Positions 10,232-19,934 are shown, counted from the first letter of the stretch. The stretch: 40,459 bases of DNA from Rhodothermales bacterium (GCA_040904565.1 JBBDTI010000001.1:1-40459), one strand, 5' to 3'. The notes: generated by a model from the letters alone, not told the origin. Numbers and translations are program-made.

Positions 10232-11635
10232 ATGGATTACAACCGACGCGAGTTCTTGAAGAAAACCGGCGCGGCGACGCTGGCCGCGATGGCGGCCGGC
10301 GTCCCGCAGTTAGCCTGCCGATCGCGTATGCCGTCGACGGCCGACACGGTGATTCTTCTGTGGATGGCCGGCGGCATGGCCCATACGGAGACGTTCGACC
10401 CGAAAACCTACACGCCGTTCGAAAAAGGATTGGCGACCGACCGGGTCCTGAGTACGTTTCCGTCCGTGCCCACCGCCGTCGACGGGCTTTCATTCTCAGA
10501 AGGGCTCGAGGAAATAGGGTCCGTTATGGACCGCGGTACGACGGTTCGCTCGTATCGGGCGGCGGATCTGGGACATATCCTTCACTCGCGCCACCAGTAT
10601 CACTGGCACACCTGCTACGAGCCGCCGCAGTCCGTGTCCGTACCGCACATCGGAGCCTGGATCGCGCACGAGCTCGGACCGGTGAATCCCGTCATTCCAC
10701 CCTTCATAAGCATCGGCCAGCGCTTCACGGTCGGGGAAGCGGAAGAGCTGAAGGCCTTTCACACGGCGGGGTTCCTGGGCAGCGAATACGGACCGTTTTT
10801 GATCCCGGATCCGCGTACCGGCCTGGATGCCGTTCGGCCGCCGGAAGGCATGACGCCCGAACGATTTTCCAACCGAAACGCCCTCTACCGCGAGCTCGTC
10901 GAGAAGAGCCCGGTCGGACGCCATGGCAGCGACTACCAGCGGGCTTCCCTCATGCGGGCCATGGAGCGTTCCTACGAACTGCTGAGGTCACCGGCTGCGG
11001 AGGCGTTCGACCTCAGCCTGGAGCCGGAGGAAACCTACGCGGCCTACGATACGGGCCGCTTCGGACTGGGATGCTTGCTGGCCCGGCGCCTGGTCGAGCG
11101 CGGGGCACGCTTCATCAGCGTGACGAGCGAATACGAACCGTTCCTCGGATGGGATACGCACGAGAACGGTCATACTCGCGCCCGGGATATGAAAGCCATG
11201 ATCGACCGGCCGATCGCGCAGCTCATTCGGGACCTCGACGAGCAGGGTCGACTCGACCGGACGATGGTCCTTCTCGCAAGCGAGTTCAGCCGGGACATGC
11301 TCGTTGAGGGGCGTCCCGATGCGAAGGTCAGAGACCAGGTCGACGTCCCCGACGTGATGGACGACATCTCGCACTACGGGATGCACCGCCACTTCACCGA
11401 CGGCGCATCGATCCTCATGTTTGGCGGCGGCGTCAAGCGCGGCTTCGTCTATGGTCGTACGGCGGACGAGCGGCCGTGCAAGACGGTCGAGAACACCGTT
11501 TATATCGACCAGATTCACCAGACGATATACCATGCCCTGGGCATCCCCCCGGATACGCACTACGTCATAGACGGCCGGCCCGTCTACACGACCCCGGAGG
11601 GTCACGGTGAGCCGGTGCCGGAGCTGCTCGCCTGA
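10232..11635 (+). CDS. DUF1501 family protein, Tat-exported
   Basis: NRREFLK Tat signal, LWMAGGMAHTETFDPK, FGLGCLLARRLVERG, WDTH, SEFSR, GGGVKRG. Lies directly downstream of its usual DUF1553 partner. Confidence 0.9.
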   Translation: MDYNRREFLKKTGAATLAAMAAGVPQLACRSRMPSTADTVILLWMAGGMAHTETFDPKTYTPFEKGLATDRVLSTFPSVPTAVDGLSFSEGLEEIGSVMDRGTTVRSYRAADLGHILHSRHQYHWHTCYEPPQSVSVPHIGAWIAHELGPVNPVIPPFISIGQRFTVGEAEELKAFHTAGFLGSEYGPFLIPDPRTGLDAVRPPEGMTPERFSNRNALYRELVEKSPVGRHGSDYQRASLMRAMERSYELLRSPAAEAFDLSLEPEETYAAYDTGRFGLGCLLARRLVERGARFISVTSEYEPFLGWDTHENGHTRARDMKAMIDRPIAQLIRDLDEQGRLDRTMVLLASEFSRDMLVEGRPDAKVRDQVDVPDVMDDISHYGMHRHFTDGASILMFGGGVKRGFVYGRTADERPCKTVENTVYIDQIHQTIYHALGIPPDTHYVIDGRPVYTTPEGHGEPVPELLA

Positions 11636-11682
11636 CAAATTGGCGCTTCACACCGCGCGGCCGACAAAAATATCGGCACCGC

Positions 11683-11723
11683 TTGACATCCAGTATGTAT
11701 TTAGTATTATGACTGTATACAGT
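11683..11723 (+). promoter_or_regulatory. Sigma70-like promoter with GntR-type operator ACTGTATACAGT
   Basis: TTGACA (11683)-N16-TATTAT (11705), then a perfect 12-bp palindrome at 11712-11723. Confidence 0.7.
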
Positions 11724-11852
11724 GAAATCGTTTACAATCTGCCGCTGCTGATCGCGTAAATACGCCGGGAGAAGCTGCTCATTACCGGCCCGATCGTTCG
11801 AACCGATCCTAGTATCGGCGGCGCATCCTCGTTAACTAGCTCACCCCGCATC

Positions 11853-13397
11853 ATGGCCCAAGTGTCCGCAGCATCCGCATCACAACCTGTCGAGCATAGC
11901 AAACGGCTTTTCTGGGGCTGTTTCATCGCGCTCGTAGCCACATCGTTCGGTTTTATCGCCCGAGTGCTTACGGCCGGCGATTGGGGCGCTGAGTTCGGCC
12001 TGTCCGAAACACAGATAGGAGAGATCCTTGGCGCCGGCCTCTGGCCCTTCGCCATCAGCATCATCCTGTTCAGCCTTGTGATCGACTACATCGGCTACAA
12101 GGCGGCCATGTGGTTTGGATTGATCTGCCACACCTTGTCGACTGTCCTCATTGTGATGGCGAACGACTACTGGATGATGTACGTGGGTACGTTTGTACTC
12201 GCCCTGGGCAGCGGTACCGTCGAGGCGTACATCAACCCGGTCGTAGCGACGGTTTTCAGCAAGCAGAAGACGAAATGGTTGAACATCCTCCATGCGGGAT
12301 GGCCGGGCGGCCTCGTCTTAGGGGGCATCCTGGCGATCGCCCTGGGGGCTGATCTGTACTGGAAATGGAAAATCGCCATCATCCTCCTTCCCACCGTCGT
12401 TTACGCGGTGATGCTGTTCGGCGAACGGTTTCCCATGCACGAGCGCGTGGCAGCCGGCGTGTCGTATCGCGACATGCTTCGCGAAGTTGGGGCGGTCGGG
12501 GCGCTTATCATAGCCGCCATGGTGGTAATGGAATTGGGACGCATTTTCGGATTGTCTCTGGGTATCGAGATCCTGCTCATCGCGCTCGTGACGGGCGGCT
12601 ACGCCTACTATACCCGGTCGCTCGGACGACCGTTGTTCATCTTGTTCCTCCTCATCATGATGCCGTTGGCCACGACCGAGCTCGGCGTCGACTCATGGAT
12701 CACGGAATTCATGGCGGGTGAGATGGGCAGGCTGGGTCTGGCCGCCGGCTGGGTCCTCGTCTATACGTCGGCCATCATGATGGTGCTCCGGTTCTTCGCC
12801 GGTCCGATCGTCGAACGGATGACGCCGCTCGGACTGCTGGCCGCGAGTGCTGCTCTGGCGAGTATCGGACTCTTCGCGCTCTCCGCCGCGACGGGCGCTA
12901 CGATCCTTCTGGCGGCGACGCTCTACGGGGTCGGAAAAACATTCTTCTGGCCGACGACGCTCGGCGTCGTCGCCGAGCAGTTCCCGAAAGGAGGGGCCCT
13001 GACTCTCAACGCCGTCGCGGGCGTTGGGCTCCTCGCCGTCGGTATCGTCGGCGCGCCATTTCTGGGTTACGTGCAAGACCGCGCCATTGATGGGAATCTC
13101 TTCACGACGGCACCTGTGCTGCACGAGCAGGTGATGGAGCCGAAAATGGGCCTGTTCGGGGAGTACGAAGCCCTCGATCTGAATGCCGTAGAAACGGCCA
13201 CTCCCGAAGAGCGGCAGCTCATCGACGACGTCCAGGAGCGATCGACGAAGGACGCGCTCCGCACGGTCGCCGTGTTGCCGATTCTTATGCTCGCCTTCTA
13301 CATCGGCCTTATTCTTTATTTCCGCGGCAAAGGCGGCTACAAACCCGTCGAACTCGCTGAACGAAAAGAGGCAGAGGATGCGGCGGCGCCCGTCTGA
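11853..13397 (+). CDS. MFS sugar-type transporter
   Basis: About 12 hydrophobic segments, motif-A-like IDYIGYK, GSGTVEAYINP, LNILHAGWPGG. Confidence 0.9.
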   Translation: MAQVSAASASQPVEHSKRLFWGCFIALVATSFGFIARVLTAGDWGAEFGLSETQIGEILGAGLWPFAISIILFSLVIDYIGYKAAMWFGLICHTLSTVLIVMANDYWMMYVGTFVLALGSGTVEAYINPVVATVFSKQKTKWLNILHAGWPGGLVLGGILAIALGADLYWKWKIAIILLPTVVYAVMLFGERFPMHERVAAGVSYRDMLREVGAVGALIIAAMVVMELGRIFGLSLGIEILLIALVTGGYAYYTRSLGRPLFILFLLIMMPLATTELGVDSWITEFMAGEMGRLGLAAGWVLVYTSAIMMVLRFFAGPIVERMTPLGLLAASAALASIGLFALSAATGATILLAATLYGVGKTFFWPTTLGVVAEQFPKGGALTLNAVAGVGLLAVGIVGAPFLGYVQDRAIDGNLFTTAPVLHEQVMEPKMGLFGEYEALDLNAVETATPEERQLIDDVQERSTKDALRTVAVLPILMLAFYIGLILYFRGKGGYKPVELAERKEAEDAAAPV

Positions 13398-13516
13398 GGC
13401 GTGTCCCGATTATCCATCCGTCGTCCTGCACCACGATCCTCCAGATCGCGGTCGGATGTACGTGAGGCAGCTCACTGCTCTCCGATATCTAAGAGCAGGA
13501 TGGCGGATGGAATAGC

Positions 13517-13557
13517 TTTATGTTTATGTATGGTGTCCGTATAATTACTGTATACAG
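13517..13557 (+). promoter_or_regulatory. Promoter with operator CTGTATACAG
   Basis: TTTATG-N17-TATAAT (13540-13545), followed by the palindrome CTGTATACAG at 13548-13557. Confidence 0.68.
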
Positions 13558-13631
13558 CGTACTGAAATCGGCGAGGCGCCGCGTTGTGGCGCCCGCCGCA
13601 CATGCATATGTCCGAATGAAGTTAGGCCCGA

Positions 13632-15158
13632 ATGAAAACTGATAGCGACGGATTTAGCGACTCGATGTCGGGCTCGACGGAGCTTGCCTCGGTCGTAGAA
13701 GCACGGAAAGCGGGCCGATATTCTCCCCTTAAGTTCCACTACGAGATGATTCGTAGCGAGCTCGAGGAGATCGTCGGTACCGACCACATTAGCACGGAGG
13801 ACTCGGATAGGCTCATCTATTCGTCCGATTGGTTCTGGGCTCCCCAGATGTGGCTCGATCGCGGCCATCCGTTGCCGCTACCGGACTATATCGTACATCC
13901 GGGATCCGCCGACGAGATCTCACAGATCCTGGAGATCGCCAACAAATACGACATTCCGGTTATCCCATGGGGGGGCGGCTCGGGTACGCAGGGCGGTGCG
14001 CTCTCGTTGTACGGCGGCATCATCGTCGACCTCAAGCGCCTCGACCAGATTATCGATATCGACGAGCAATCGTTGACCGTAACCGCTCAGGCAGGGATCA
14101 ATGGAACCCAGCTCGAATGGGCGCTTAACGAGCGGGGACTGACGCTGCCCCATTACCCGGCGTCGGCCAACTGCGCCACGCTGGGAGGATATCTGGCCCC
14201 GCGCGGCTCGGGCACCATCAGCACGAAGTATGGTAAGGCCGAAGACCTCGTCTTGACGATGCAGGTCGTTCTTCCGAACGGACGCGTCATCCGGACGCCC
14301 GGTGTGCCGAACCATGCTTCCGGGCCCGATTACATGCGGCTGTTCCTAGGATCGGAAGGCACGCTTGGGATCATCACCGAGGCGACCATGCAGGTCGACT
14401 ATCTACCCGAAACCAGGTTGTTGCGCGCCCTCCTGTTCGACGATCTCGGTAATGCGATCGAGGCCGGCCGCCGCATGATGACCCGGCGGTTGGATCCCAT
14501 GGTCATCCGCCTCTACGATCCCGATTCAACGGCACTGCGCTTGAAGGCGATCCTTGACCTCGAGCTGGAAGGGGCCTACATGGTGGTTGGCTTTGACGGC
14601 GATCCGGACATCGCCGCACTGCAGGAAGAGAAAGCCATGGAAATTTGCAGCGATCTCGGAGCGCGGGACCTGGGACGCGAGCCGGGCGAGAGATGGTGGA
14701 ATCACCGCTACGACTTTTATTACCCGCCGAAGAATCTCAAAATGCCCTGGATGTTCGGTACGACGGAGTCCGTCTCAACGTTCGACAAGATCAAGCGTAT
14801 TTGGGAGGCCCAGAAGGTGGCCGTCGAAGAAGGCTATAGCGACTGGGACGTTACGTACATTGCCCACTTTTCTCACTGGTTCCACTGGGGCTCGGCCATG
14901 TATTCGCGCTTTATCATCGAGCAGCCGCCGGAGGACGCCGAGGAAGCGATTCGCCTCCACAATCGGATCTGGAATACGGCGGTATCGGCGTCGCTCGAGA
15001 ACGGAGGAATGATCAACGAACACCACGGTGTTGGACTCAAGCTGGGCAGATACATGCGCCGGCAGTACGGCGAGGGCTGGAATCTTCTGCTGACGCTCAA
15101 GCAGGCCATTGATCCCAACGGAATCATGAATCCCGGGAAGGTAGGTTTCGGACGTTAG
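13632..15158 (+). CDS. FAD-linked oxidoreductase (VAO/PCMH family; alkyl-DHAP synthase/GlcD-like)
   Basis: PWGGGSG, TLGG, STKYG, GSEGTLGIITE, AHFSH, EHHGVG, IDPNGIMNPGK. Confidence 0.9.
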   Translation: MKTDSDGFSDSMSGSTELASVVEARKAGRYSPLKFHYEMIRSELEEIVGTDHISTEDSDRLIYSSDWFWAPQMWLDRGHPLPLPDYIVHPGSADEISQILEIANKYDIPVIPWGGGSGTQGGALSLYGGIIVDLKRLDQIIDIDEQSLTVTAQAGINGTQLEWALNERGLTLPHYPASANCATLGGYLAPRGSGTISTKYGKAEDLVLTMQVVLPNGRVIRTPGVPNHASGPDYMRLFLGSEGTLGIITEATMQVDYLPETRLLRALLFDDLGNAIEAGRRMMTRRLDPMVIRLYDPDSTALRLKAILDLELEGAYMVVGFDGDPDIAALQEEKAMEICSDLGARDLGREPGERWWNHRYDFYYPPKNLKMPWMFGTTESVSTFDKIKRIWEAQKVAVEEGYSDWDVTYIAHFSHWFHWGSAMYSRFIIEQPPEDAEEAIRLHNRIWNTAVSASLENGGMINEHHGVGLKLGRYMRRQYGEGWNLLLTLKQAIDPNGIMNPGKVGFGR

Positions 15159-15195
15159 CCGGAAGTACAAGATTCGATCTCAAGCAAACAGGTAT

Positions 15196-16293
15196 ATGAT
15201 AGATAATCCGATCGATGTAGCGGAGAGATGTCGTCACTCGCTTATGTGCCGGCACGTGTGCCCTATAGGCAACCTGACACATAACGAGACCCTGTCCCCG
15301 CACGGGTGGGCGCAGCTCATCTCGCTGGAGCGGCGGGGCTTGTCGACGTGGAACGAGGAGACGGTCGATGCGCTGTATGCGTGCGCGGACTGCGGAAGCT
15401 GCCGGGCGCACTGTGTCACCAGCCAGGCCCTGCCCGAAGCCATCGCGGCGGCACGAGCTGAGGTCGTAGAACGGCAAGCGGCGCCCGCGGTAGTCTACGA
15501 GATGGAGGCTCAGCTCAGGAAGTGGGAGAATCCGCACGTCCAGGAGAAACCTGTTCCGGCGGACGATACGTCCGACGTGGCCTTATTCGTCGGCGACGAC
15601 GTGCACTTTCTTAGGCCGTCCGTCCTGGAAGCTGCCTTGAAGCTTCTCGCCGCAGTCGGCGTCGAACCGGCCTTGTTCGGGAAGGGACGCAGTACGGGCT
15701 ATCTCGCGAGTTCGCTCGGCCTCCCTGATCTCGCGCGCGATCTTGCCGACACGAACGTGGAAGAGCTGAATGCCACAGGTGCCCGAAAGCTGTTCGTGTT
15801 GACGCCCGGTGCGTATTTCGCCTTCGGCCAGATGTATGACGAGCGCCTGGGGCTCCGTATGCCGTCGGGAGTCGAGTTGATGGAGGTCGTTCCGTTCCTT
15901 GCGGCGAAGTTGGAGGCTGGCGACCTGCACCTGGATAAATCGGATGACGCGGTGGCGTATGCCTACGTTGATCCCACGCATGCCGTCAGGGTGCCGGACC
16001 GGCACGAGGCCCCCCGGCGGCTCCTTGGTGCCGTGCTGCAGAGTCCGCCGAAAGAGCTGTTCTGGCGAAACGAACGGGCGTATCCATGTGGAAATCTGGC
16101 ACTGGCGTTTACTCAGCCTGCGCTTTCGCAGTCGTTGACGGAAGCACGACTGAAGGATGCGGTTGATGTCGAGGCGCACGGGGTCATTACGGAGGACGCG
16201 GGTAGTCTGGTACATCTCGAAAAGTACGCCCCGAGCTTTGATCTTCGGGTGCAGGGTTTTTACGAACTGCTAGCCGCCCATCTGGCCTCATAG
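15196..16293 (+). CDS. Fe-S oxidoreductase subunit (GlcF/GlpC-like, degenerate CCG domains)
   Basis: Cys clusters CRHSLMCRHVCP and CADCGSCRAHC, C-terminal YVDP and PCG remnants. Adjacent to the FAD oxidoreductase. Confidence 0.82.
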   Translation: MIDNPIDVAERCRHSLMCRHVCPIGNLTHNETLSPHGWAQLISLERRGLSTWNEETVDALYACADCGSCRAHCVTSQALPEAIAAARAEVVERQAAPAVVYEMEAQLRKWENPHVQEKPVPADDTSDVALFVGDDVHFLRPSVLEAALKLLAAVGVEPALFGKGRSTGYLASSLGLPDLARDLADTNVEELNATGARKLFVLTPGAYFAFGQMYDERLGLRMPSGVELMEVVPFLAAKLEAGDLHLDKSDDAVAYAYVDPTHAVRVPDRHEAPRRLLGAVLQSPPKELFWRNERAYPCGNLALAFTQPALSQSLTEARLKDAVDVEAHGVITEDAGSLVHLEKYAPSFDLRVQGFYELLAAHLAS

Positions 16294-16367
16294 CAGGTGG
16301 CCGGCGAGAAGGGAAGACGACGTACATTAACGGCGATTAAACAGCAATAACGAAACGAGGTAGAGCA

Positions 16368-17300
16368 ATGCATTTATCGATGCATAATTGGATGCGGGCC
16401 GAGCCGATCGAAACCACGATTCGCCGGTTGGCGAAGTACGGTTACGAGAGCATCGAGATCAGCGGCGAGCCCGACATTTTCGACACGAAGGAAGTGCGTA
16501 AGTTGCTCAAGGAAAACGGACTTAAGTGTTGGGGATCGGTTACGCTGATGCTTGGCGACCGGTGCCTGCCGGCGAAAGACGAGCGCAAGCGGGCCAACTC
16601 GGTCAAGTACGTCAAGGACTGCGTGACGATGGTGAAAGAACTTGAGGGCTACGAGATGACCATCGTCCCCGGCACGGTCGGGAAGGTGGAGCCGGACGCT
16701 ACTCCGGAGGAGGAATGGCAGTGGGCGGTCGACGGCATGAAGGAGATCTACGACCATGCCATGAAGGAAGGCGTCCGCCTGGCCATCGAGCCGCTCAACC
16801 GGTTTGAGACCTACTTCATTAGCCGCGGAGCCCAGGCCCTCGCACTTGCCGAGGCTACGGGTCCCGAATGCGGTATCTGCCTCGACACCTTCCACATGAA
16901 TATCGAGGAGAAGGATCCGTATCAGACGATTCTCGATGCCGGAGATCGACTGGTCGACTTTCACGTTGCCGATACCAACAGGATGCCGTGCGGATACGGG
17001 CACTGGGACTGGCTGAAGGTGATCGGAACGCTTGAGGTGATCGGATACGACGGCGCGCTTACGACCGAATTCGTGGCGCCGATCGATCGCACTCCGGCCA
17101 ATCCGTATCCCGATGCCATCGAAACGGAGCCGGTCGACATTTCGCCCGAGCAGAAGAAGTTCATCGAAGACCACGGCAGCAGCCTGCTGAGCGAGGGTTT
17201 TTACGACTGGCTCGTGGCGGAAAATGCCAAGACCCTGCTGCCGCTGATAAAGTACGGCGTTGGCGAAGGCGAGCGATCGGGAGCCACCGTTGCGGCCTGA
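16368..17300 (+). CDS. Ketose 3-epimerase-like TIM barrel (D-psicose/D-tagatose 3-epimerase, AP_endonuc_2 family)
   Basis: Metal and catalytic motifs EPLNRFE, DTFHMNIEE, HVADTNR..G.G and downstream E. GAGG RBS. Confidence 0.88.
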   Translation: MHLSMHNWMRAEPIETTIRRLAKYGYESIEISGEPDIFDTKEVRKLLKENGLKCWGSVTLMLGDRCLPAKDERKRANSVKYVKDCVTMVKELEGYEMTIVPGTVGKVEPDATPEEEWQWAVDGMKEIYDHAMKEGVRLAIEPLNRFETYFISRGAQALALAEATGPECGICLDTFHMNIEEKDPYQTILDAGDRLVDFHVADTNRMPCGYGHWDWLKVIGTLEVIGYDGALTTEFVAPIDRTPANPYPDAIETEPVDISPEQKKFIEDHGSSLLSEGFYDWLVAENAKTLLPLIKYGVGEGERSGATVAA

Positions 17301-17388
17301 CGCCGTTTGTATTTCGCTCGGAGAAGAGATGCGTGGGAGCTTGACGGCCCCGGCGCCAAATGCAGCAGATTATTTACGGTGACGAGAC

Positions 17389-18621
17389 GTGGGCAAGAAC
17401 GTTGTTGTTATAGGAACCCTCGATACGAAGGGGCCCGAATTTGCCTACCTGCGTGATCGCCTCCAGGCGCTTGGTCTCCGCACGACGGTGGTAGATGCAG
17501 GCATTCTCGGCGAACCGCTGGATATTATTCCTGACATAGACCACGCGGAGACGGCCCGTTACGGCGGCACGACGATCGAAGCGCTCCAGAATGCCGGCAG
17601 CCGCGGCAAGGCGGTCGATGGAATGCGGGAGGCGCTCAAGAAGCTCACGCTTGAGTTGTATCGCGATGGCAGGCTGGATGCCGCCGTCAGCATGGGCGGT
17701 GCGGAAGGCGCCGTGATGGGCGCGGCGGCGATGATGCAACTACCGGTCGGCGTGCCGAAGGTCCTCGTATCGCCGATCGCGTCCGGCAAGCATTATTTCG
17801 ATCCGCTGGTCGGCACGACGGACATGTTCGTCGTGCACTCCATCGTCGACATTCTCGGACTGAACCCTATCGCATGTACGGTATTCGACAACGTGGCCGC
17901 CGCCGTCAAGGGGCTCGTCGAGCACGGCCATCCGCTGCCGGACCCTCCCGCGGATGCCCGCTACGTGGCCGTCACGATGCTCGGTAATACGACGACGGCC
18001 GTTATGGCCCTTAAAGAGCGCCTGGAGGAACACGGCTACGAGGCCGTTATCTTTCATTCGAACGGCGTAGGGGGACCTGCGATGGAAGAGCTGGCCGAGG
18101 CCGGACAGTTTGTCGGCGTTATCGACTATACGACCAACGAAGTGAATGACCCGCTCGTTGGCGGTATTCACGACGGCGGGCCGGAACGGCTGCGGCGCGT
18201 GGGCCGCCTGGGACTGCCTCAAGTCGTCGTTCCGGGCTGTATCGATTTCAGCGTGTTTCATTCGGATGCCATTCCGGACGCCCTCGCAGACAGACCCGTC
18301 TACGATCACAATCCGGAGTACACGCTGGTGCGAACATCGCCTGAGGAGATGGTCCAGCTGGGCCGCATCTTCGCCGAGCGCCTCGGGGAGGCCGCGGGAC
18401 CGGTTCACGTCGTGGTACCTACACAGGGCCTTTCCATTCCCAACGTACCGAACGGCGTCTTCTGGGATCCCGAATCCGACGCGGCCTTCCTCGAGACGAT
18501 GACGGCCGGACTTGACTCTGGCGTACCGATCGACACGTACCCCATGCACGTAAACGATCCTGCATTCGGCACGCGGGTCGCTGAAATATTTGTTGAACTA
18601 CTAAATCAGGAGAAACGGTAA
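17389..18621 (+). CDS. Tm-1-like ATP-binding domain protein (UPF0261), paralog 2
   Basis: GTG start, IGTLDTKG, LPVGVPKVLVS, SIVDILGLN, FHSNGVGG, HVNDPAFG. Confidence 0.9.
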   Translation: MGKNVVVIGTLDTKGPEFAYLRDRLQALGLRTTVVDAGILGEPLDIIPDIDHAETARYGGTTIEALQNAGSRGKAVDGMREALKKLTLELYRDGRLDAAVSMGGAEGAVMGAAAMMQLPVGVPKVLVSPIASGKHYFDPLVGTTDMFVVHSIVDILGLNPIACTVFDNVAAAVKGLVEHGHPLPDPPADARYVAVTMLGNTTTAVMALKERLEEHGYEAVIFHSNGVGGPAMEELAEAGQFVGVIDYTTNEVNDPLVGGIHDGGPERLRRVGRLGLPQVVVPGCIDFSVFHSDAIPDALADRPVYDHNPEYTLVRTSPEEMVQLGRIFAERLGEAAGPVHVVVPTQGLSIPNVPNGVFWDPESDAAFLETMTAGLDSGVPIDTYPMHVNDPAFGTRVAEIFVELLNQEKR

Positions 18622-19544
18622 TGGCTATATCGAATGGCGAGAAAGGCAAAGTAAAAAGGCTTACGTCGGGCGACGACGAATTCCGAAGCAAGTTTATTTC
18701 GTGGAATCTGGCGGAACTTACGTTCGTGGATATCCAGGCATATCTGGAGTCGAAAGACACGGTGTTGATTCCGATCGCCAGTACGGAGCAGCACGGTCCG
18801 CATCTGCCGCTGTATACCGACACGATCACCGCGATTGAGGTCTCCGGGCGGGTATCCGAACACATCGGTGTATTACATACCCCGCCTATCTGGACAGGCT
18901 ACTCTCCGCAGCACATGCACGGGCCCGGTCAGGGACGGGGAACGATTACACTGCGCAGCAGCACGCTGCTCAACCTGATGTACGACGTGGCAAGGAGTCT
19001 CATTCACCACGGGTTCAACCGCCTGATCTTCATTAACGGCCACGGATCCAATATCAAGGTCGTCGATCCGATCTTGCGCAAGCTGCGCTATGAGACGGGT
19101 GCGTTGATCAGTTTCGTGAAGCCCTATATGGAGAATTACGTGGGCCTTATGGAAGGGCTGTTGGAAAATCCGCCCGAAGAAACGCCGGGCTGGCACGCCA
19201 GCGAGCTGGAGACGTCGCAGGACCTGGCCCATAACCCTGAGATCGTTCGCATGGACCGCGCGGAATTCACGAAGGCCCACATTCCCGAGTTTCTTCCACG
19301 GTCCTTCGAGAAAAAGGACGGCATGCCGGACGTTGAGTTCGACGGCTACAAGTACTTCACCTTTCCGATGGATCACCACGAGTTCATCGAAAGCGGTGTG
19401 ATCGGCAATCCCCTGCGGGCGAGCGCTGAGAAAGGGGAAGAGGCGTTTCGCCGGTACGCGGAGCACGTCGCGCGCGGCGTGCTCGAGCTAATGGACGTGG
19501 ACGTCGAAGTGCGAAATCGGGAATTCGTCGACCGGGTGCTGTAG
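18621..19544 (+). CDS. Creatininase-family metallo-hydrolase
   Basis: STEQHGPHLP..D, GYSPQH, INGHGSN, HASELETS, GVIGNP..AS.EKG. TAATG overlap with the upstream stop. Confidence 0.9.
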   Translation: MAISNGEKGKVKRLTSGDDEFRSKFISWNLAELTFVDIQAYLESKDTVLIPIASTEQHGPHLPLYTDTITAIEVSGRVSEHIGVLHTPPIWTGYSPQHMHGPGQGRGTITLRSSTLLNLMYDVARSLIHHGFNRLIFINGHGSNIKVVDPILRKLRYETGALISFVKPYMENYVGLMEGLLENPPEETPGWHASELETSQDLAHNPEIVRMDRAEFTKAHIPEFLPRSFEKKDGMPDVEFDGYKYFTFPMDHHEFIESGVIGNPLRASAEKGEEAFRRYAEHVARGVLELMDVDVEVRNREFVDRVL

Positions 19545-19703
19545 GGGCCCGCAGGTTGGCTGGACGGATTGAATCAGGCACCTGTACGGGATCGAACGAG
19601 GCACCGGAAGGATTGCGTGGGGTAGCGGCGGGAAGGATCTGATCAGCATCTACAAAGGTCGAACTCGAAGGCTGACAAGGTGGAGCTAACAAAAGTCCAA
19701 ATA

Positions 19704-19934
19704 GCCTTGACTCTATGTATTTTTAATGTGTTTATTCTGCATAACGCCTGTATGTGGATCGTAGACAAAAGGGGACGTTCTGTATACAATAGCTGATTCA
19801 GTACGAAATCGACGCGCAAGGTCGTCCGCCATGGGAGCGTTTTCACGCGGCGGGATCTGCCGGGACCAGGGAGGAGGCTTCGCTACAGTAGCGGCCCGTA
19901 AAGTGGTTTAAAAAATCACCGCCGGGGTGCATAG
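19704..19934 (+). repeat. Duplicated promoter/leader, copy 1
   Basis: Hand alignment to 23815-24044 shows about 40 differences in 231 nt. Contains TAGACA-N17-TACAAT overlapped by TGTATACA (19781-19788). Confidence 0.9.

Noticed and set aside
18621-19544. Mycofactocin MftE or true creatinine catabolism
   Set aside because: No precursor peptide, radical SAM or creatinase genes nearby. Only the family-level call is supported.
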